From Candidatus Saccharimonadota bacterium (GTDB lineage Bacteria > Patescibacteriota > Saccharimonadia > CAILAD01 > BJGX01), in assembly GCA_035329105.1 (NCBI GenBank), contig DAOLHK010000002.1:5557-69556 (forward strand): DNA of 64,000 nucleotides, in the 5' to 3' direction. The translations under genes were made by a program, and so were the position numbers. This document shows positions 59,602 to 64,000 of the stretch, one piece after another. A model generated the notes under the pieces. That model made no database searches. It saw only the letters and a program-made list of their open reading frames with translations, and was not told where the DNA came from. The stretch's first letter is position 1; each line of letters opens with the position of its first letter.

Positions 59602-59643
59602 GAGCCCCGACTAGAGTCCCCGACTCTGGTCGGGGCTCTTTTC
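59602..59643 (+). terminator. Intrinsic terminator
   Basis: GAGCCCCGACTAGAGTC-ccc-GACTCTGGTCGGGGCTC then TTTT. Confidence 0.8.
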
Positions 59644-59690
59644 GTTTATCACTATTATATATATGCACATTATTTTGCTAAAATAGTCCT

Positions 59691-60299
59691 ATGACCAACA
59701 AAAACAACTATGCATTTTTAGATAAGATATTTCCTTGGGTACTTACGATAGGTGGATCTATTGGCCTACTAGTATCTTTTGTATTGACCCTAGAAAAGAT
59801 ACAATTACTTATCAAACCCGCATATGTAGCTAGTTGCAATCTCAGCCCCATACTTAGTTGTACGAGTATCATGAAGTCCACTCAAGCAGGACTGTTTGGA
59901 TTTCCCAATCCGCTGATAGGCATTGCAGGATTTGCGGTGGTCATCACTATCGGTGTAGGTATGTTAGCTGGTGCCAAATACAAGCGATGGTTCATGCTTG
60001 GACTATTGCTCGGTAGTTTGCTAGGTGTGGTGTTTGTACATTGGCTATTCTATGAGAGTGTATTTGTGATAGGTGCTTTGTGTGCTTATTGTATGGTGGT
60101 ATGGACTGTGACCATCCCGATATTTCTCTACACTACTTTGTACAATTTGAGAAATGACAATATTCGATATCCAAAACAATGCAGCAAATTTGTAGAGTTC
60201 TTGCAACGCCAACACTTCAATATATTATTCGTGTGGTATGGCATACTCTTTGCGACAATAGTCGCTAAATTCTGGAGTTATTTCAAAACTTTGATATAA
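59691..60299 (+). CDS. Vitamin K epoxide reductase (VKOR) family protein
   Basis: C...P.LSC..., FG.PN...G, LC.YCM..W. Confidence 0.9.
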   Translation: MTNKNNYAFLDKIFPWVLTIGGSIGLLVSFVLTLEKIQLLIKPAYVASCNLSPILSCTSIMKSTQAGLFGFPNPLIGIAGFAVVITIGVGMLAGAKYKRWFMLGLLLGSLLGVVFVHWLFYESVFVIGALCAYCMVVWTVTIPIFLYTTLYNLRNDNIRYPKQCSKFVEFLQRQHFNILFVWYGILFATIVAKFWSYFKTLI

Positions 60300-60330
60300 T
60301 TTCCTACTCCTATCGTGCTAAAATAAATAC

Positions 60331-61530
60331 ATGAGCAAACTACTTACGCTTAAAGATATTGATGTTACTAACAAACGGGTGTTTTTGCGCGTGGATTACA
60401 ATGTAGTAGCGGATGGAAAGATTATCGATGAATTTCGAGTGCGGGCTAGTCTGCCTACTATCAATTATTTACTAGAGCAAAACTGCTCCATCATCTTGGC
60501 AAGCCACAATGGCAGACCCGATGGCAAGGTAGTAGAGAGTCTGAGCCTACGTCCAGTTGCCAAGCTATTGCCAAGACTACTAGGTAGAGATGTCATATTC
60601 TTAGATGATTGCGTTGGTGAGGATGTGCGCAAAGAAGCCGAGTACTTGCGGGCGGGAGATATTATGCTACTCGAAAACTTGCGCTTTCACCCCGAAGAAG
60701 AAAAGAACGACTCTACTTTTGCATCCCAATTGGCCGATCTTGCCGAAGTATACGTAGATGATGCTTTTGCTGCTATTCACCGTGCTCATGCCAGTACTGT
60801 TGGCGTAGCGCAATTGCTACCACACGCTGCAGGTAGATTGGTACAAATAGAATATGAGACTATCGAGATGCTTATGCACAAACCCAAGAGACCATACACT
60901 GCCGTCATTGGAGGAGCCAAGATATCTGACAAGATAGAAGTATTGGTAGAGCTGCTAAAGCATGTAGATGCACTACTGATAGGTGGCGCCATGGCCAATA
61001 CATTCTTGGCAGCACTGGGTACCAACATGCGCTCATCAAAGCTAGAAAAAAGTAGTTTTGCCGACGCCAAGAAGATCATAAGCTTGGCCAAGAAAAACAA
61101 AGTAAGATTAGTACTACCTTCTGACGTAGTAGTTGCCAAAGAAGCCAAGGCCAACCATCATGGTAGAGTCGTAGAAATCGACAAACTCAAAGCGGGAGAT
61201 ATGGCACTCGACATAGGCCCAGCTACTATGGAGATGTTTGATGCAGTATTGCAAGATAGTAAAACGATATTTTGGAATGGCACACTAGGCATTGCGGAGT
61301 TACCTGTATTTGCTGTGGCAAGCCGAGATCTGGCACACGCCATGATAAGCTCGCACGCTCAGACAATTGTTGGCGGTGGAGACACAGCGGCTTTTGTAGA
61401 TCAGCAAAACTTAGCCGAGCATTTTGGCTTTGTATCCACTGGTGGTGGTGCTAGCCTAGAACTGCTGGCTGGTAAAAAACTGCCAGGCTTAGAAATACTC
61501 AAGACCAGAGCACTCAAGATCTCAGCCTAA
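60331..61530 (+). CDS. pgk: Phosphoglycerate kinase
   Basis: RVDYNV, SH.GRP, LENLRF, HRAHAS, GGAKISDK, STGGGASLE. Confidence 0.96.
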   Translation: MSKLLTLKDIDVTNKRVFLRVDYNVVADGKIIDEFRVRASLPTINYLLEQNCSIILASHNGRPDGKVVESLSLRPVAKLLPRLLGRDVIFLDDCVGEDVRKEAEYLRAGDIMLLENLRFHPEEEKNDSTFASQLADLAEVYVDDAFAAIHRAHASTVGVAQLLPHAAGRLVQIEYETIEMLMHKPKRPYTAVIGGAKISDKIEVLVELLKHVDALLIGGAMANTFLAALGTNMRSSKLEKSSFADAKKIISLAKKNKVRLVLPSDVVVAKEAKANHHGRVVEIDKLKAGDMALDIGPATMEMFDAVLQDSKTIFWNGTLGIAELPVFAVASRDLAHAMISSHAQTIVGGGDTAAFVDQQNLAEHFGFVSTGGGASLELLAGKKLPGLEILKTRALKISA

Positions 61531-61539
61531 TAGATATAT

Positions 61540-61830
61540 TTATGATTGTTGTTCTTTTAATAGTTTTAAGTTGGCTTTTACCAATTGCCATTGAGCATCA
61601 CGAAAGTATTGTGGCGTATCTCTACGGTCAATTTGTACCAGCATATCAAAAATATCTGAAAATATTTTACTATATTCATCCCCTTCATTGTATTTACCAA
61701 AGTTGGGGCTAGAAGAAGCTCTTATCATATCTGCAGATATTTTTGATTCATTCTTAGAGTTTAAATCTTTTATCAAATCTTGCCAGTATTTTATAAAGTC
61801 GTTTAGTGTTTTTAATTCTTTAGGTTTCAT
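61540..61830 (-). CDS. Small AT-rich hypothetical protein
   Basis: 96-aa helical ORF, third of a tandem trio. Confidence 0.6.
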   Translation of the reverse strand: MKPKELKTLNDFIKYWQDLIKDLNSKNESKISADMIRASSSPNFGKYNEGDEYSKIFSDIFDMLVQIDRRDTPQYFRDAQWQLVKANLKLLKEQQS

Positions 61831-61872
61831 ATTATTTTCTTATATGGTTGCTAGTACTGAAAGTTGATTTAT

Positions 61873-62175
61873 TTATAAATACCTCGTTTGGAGAGTGTGT
61901 AGTAAGTCATCGATTTTAGCCCAATCTTCTTCTCTTTGTGTCATAGTACCATTTGGTATTTCCAGCCCTCCAGCAATGCTTATCAGATTATCAAGCTCTT
62001 TATCCTTGCAAAGATCATCACTATTTTCTAATGAGTAAATAGTTACAATTTGATAAGCAACTTTAGAATCTTGCTCTATAGAAGCGTCTGGTTTGCGACT
62101 TTTTATAAGATTAGATATAAAAGCAATTACTTCTTTTATATTTGGTGTATTTGAATTGAGAGTGTAATTTTTCAT
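61873..62175 (-). CDS. Small AT-rich hypothetical protein
   Basis: 100 aa; AY.I...AGGLEIP...W motif shared with the next gene. Confidence 0.65.
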   Translation of the reverse strand: MKNYTLNSNTPNIKEVIAFISNLIKSRKPDASIEQDSKVAYQIVTIYSLENSDDLCKDKELDNLISIAGGLEIPNGTMTQREEDWAKIDDLLHTLQTRYL

Positions 62176-62268
62176 TTTTACATATTAGACTAGTTTCTGT
62201 TTCTTGAGTGATATTAATAACTATCAATTTTTGCACAAAACAGTGCCTATATATATTTCCTTAGCTCA

Positions 62269-62604
62269 TTATTCATATTTTTCTTTTTCTTCTTCAATCC
62301 AGGTATTCAATCTTTGCCATCTATAATCCAATTCATCATCTTCAAACCTATCTGGCAATTCAAGCTCACCAGCATCAAGCGAAATTGATTCAATTCCTGG
62401 ATTTGTATCTACCGACTTGTACCACATAGTGTCAGCAATCAAAAAGGCTGCTTCTTGTCGTGTTATAGTACCCTTGTCTGCTAGATTAATTAGTTCGGTG
62501 TAATACTCAAGAACAGAGCTGGGATCTTCGGCTAGTTGGGTTTCAGAAAATCTATCCCTTACAATTCTAGACCTTTCAATTGCACCTTGAAAGTCTTCTG
62601 TCAT
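62269..62604 (-). CDS. Small acidic hypothetical protein
   Basis: AAGGAG SD; AF.I...AGELELP...W motif. Confidence 0.7.
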   Translation of the reverse strand: MTEDFQGAIERSRIVRDRFSETQLAEDPSSVLEYYTELINLADKGTITRQEAAFLIADTMWYKSVDTNPGIESISLDAGELELPDRFEDDELDYRWQRLNTWIEEEKEKYE

Positions 62605-62699
62605 TATCAATTCTCCTTTAAGATATGATTGCTGAAGAGCCAGTTTTACTACATGGCTCAGGTTATTGTTAGATCAAGTAGCGCAGGTTTGCAGCCCTG

Positions 62700-62885
62700 T
62701 TACTTGATCTGGTCAGTGGTGATCTCGCTGCCGTCCGTGTCTCGGCCGTAGACAAAGTTGCCGTCTTCATCATGGGCGATGTGCCCATGTGGAGCACCCT
62801 TGTCGGTTGAACCGAAGTAGGTATCGGTCTGTGCCTTGCCGGTGTCTTTGCTCTCACTGGAGTTGGTATTGGTAAACCATCCCAT
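62700..62885 (-). CDS. Small GC-richer orphan protein (61 aa, MGWFTNTNSS...HGHIAHDEDG...)
   Basis: AAAGGAG SD before ATG 62885; C-ending codon bias. Confidence 0.65.
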   Translation of the reverse strand: MGWFTNTNSSESKDTGKAQTDTYFGSTDKGAPHGHIAHDEDGNFVYGRDTDGSEITTDQIK

Positions 62886-62986
62886 GGCTTTCTCCTTTCG
62901 AGTCTGCCATTTGTCAGGTCTTTGGGCTTTGGATAGGTGCATCGTGGTTAATTTGGTTTATCGTACTTGCCAAATACGAGTTTGCC

Positions 62987-63084
62987 AAAAAGCAAAAGCA
63001 CCTCTTAAGATATAACTTACATATCTCTCAAGGTACGGTTGCTCCAGATACTAGGAGTATAGGTTAAACACGAGTTTTTGTAAA
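62987..63084 (-). promoter_or_regulatory. Promoter plus terminator-like leader hairpin
   Basis: TTTACA-17-TATACT (63084-63056); hairpin 63036-62998 followed by TTTTGCTTTTT. Confidence 0.55.
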
Positions 63085-63086
63085 GC

Positions 63087-64000
63087 TCAGGACTTTGAAG
63101 TAGCAGCAACCTTAGCGCCTATCTTGCGGCTTTGTGCTTCTACAGTCTTGGGTACACCGCTGATAGGTAGAGTAAATCCAAATGTACTTCCCTTGCCCTC
63201 TACACTCTCAAATATCAATTTGCCACCCTCATCTTGTACGACTCTTTTTACTAGGTATAGACCCAGCCCAGTACCATCGGGGCGGAGTTCTTTGGCGTTG
63301 TTGGCTCGAAACATCTTGGTAAAAAGTTTATTTTGTACTTTGACTGGTACACCTATACCATTGTCTTTGACGATGAAGACCACATGGTCCCCGTCTAGCT
63401 CAAAGCTTACATTTACCTCACCTCCGCCTTTTGGTGGCTGAGAGTAGTGGATGGCATTGTCTACAAGATTCATGATGACTTGTCGAGTCTTGTTTTCATC
63501 CAATCTTATCTCGGGTATCTTTTCTTTGGGCGATATATAGTTGAGCTTCACATCTTTGCTCTCGGCTATACTTTGTAGTTGAGTTATTTCTTCTGCCACT
63601 ACTTTTGTCATATCGACATCAGCTACTTCTAAGAAAAACCTGTTGGCATCCATACGACTGACATTGAGTAGATCATCGATAAGGCGTGCCATACGATTGG
63701 CACCATCCAGAGCAAGCTGCACTGGTTCTCTCTGCTCTTTGGAGAGCTTACCAAAATCACCTTCATCGAGCATACTAGCATATCCCTTGACTGTGGTGAG
63801 CGGTGTACGGAGCTGATGAGATGCCATAGATATGAATTCGTCCTTGGCTTGATCTAGTATTTTGAGTTGATCATTGGCATTCTTGAGCTGAGCGGTACGC
63901 TGACGAACTCTTTCAGCTAGGGTCTCACTGAATAGCTGTATTTCTTTATAGCTCAAGGCATTTTGCACTGCCACACTCAACTCACTACCGATGACCTCTA
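63087..64000 (-). CDS. Sensor histidine kinase, C-terminal part (starts beyond window end)
   Basis: ASHQLRTPLT H-box, NLVDNA, D.GIG, GTGLGL, G.GSTF. Confidence 0.92.
   Translation of the reverse strand, partial: EVIGSELSVAVQNALSYKEIQLFSETLAERVRQRTAQLKNANDQLKILDQAKDEFISMASHQLRTPLTTVKGYASMLDEGDFGKLSKEQREPVQLALDGANRMARLIDDLLNVSRMDANRFFLEVADVDMTKVVAEEITQLQSIAESKDVKLNYISPKEKIPEIRLDENKTRQVIMNLVDNAIHYSQPPKGGGEVNVSFELDGDHVVFIVKDNGIGVPVKVQNKLFTKMFRANNAKELRPDGTGLGLYLVKRVVQDEGGKLIFESVEGKGSTFGFTLPISGVPKTVEAQSRKIGAKVAATSKS

Noticed and set aside
58952-59668. 238-aa antisense ORF over the high-GC gene
   Set aside because: Shadow frame expected from strong GC3 bias; promoter, SD-like site and terminator all favour the + strand gene.

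Overview
AT-rich bacterial chromosomal segment, standard code 11, with most genes on the - strand. Gene content and synteny suggest a Patescibacteria/CPR genome, probably Saccharimonadia-like (inference from nusB-NUDIX-rnc, FtsA-like-hypothetical-yqgF-mltG-LysM/CHAP, short AlaRS, short SMC, RpfB-rsmA). The window holds translation and tRNA-modification genes (tgt, trmD, rpsP, rpmF, leuS, alaS, metG, mnmA, rsmA, obg), glycolysis genes (eno, tpiA, pyk, pgk), cell-wall genes, uvrD and three tRNAs (Ala-GGC, Glu-TTC, Glu-CTC). No integrase, transposase or CRISPR array was seen. The most notable unannotated signal is three apparent ribosome-mediated transcription attenuators. Each is a TTGACA-17-(-10) promoter, a short near-leaderless leader peptide whose 3' part can pair with the left arm of an intrinsic terminator, and then GC-richer orphan genes or a GNAT gene. 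One leader is Leu-rich and lies upstream of an orphan ORF and leuS, and another has four tandem Ile codons. Other observations are pervasive leaderless starts, a long structured leader with a possible AUU start on the LysM/CHAP gene, a GC-rich 16-bp hairpin before leuS and a tandem trio of immunity-like small proteins. All calls come from reading motifs by eye; no database search was run.
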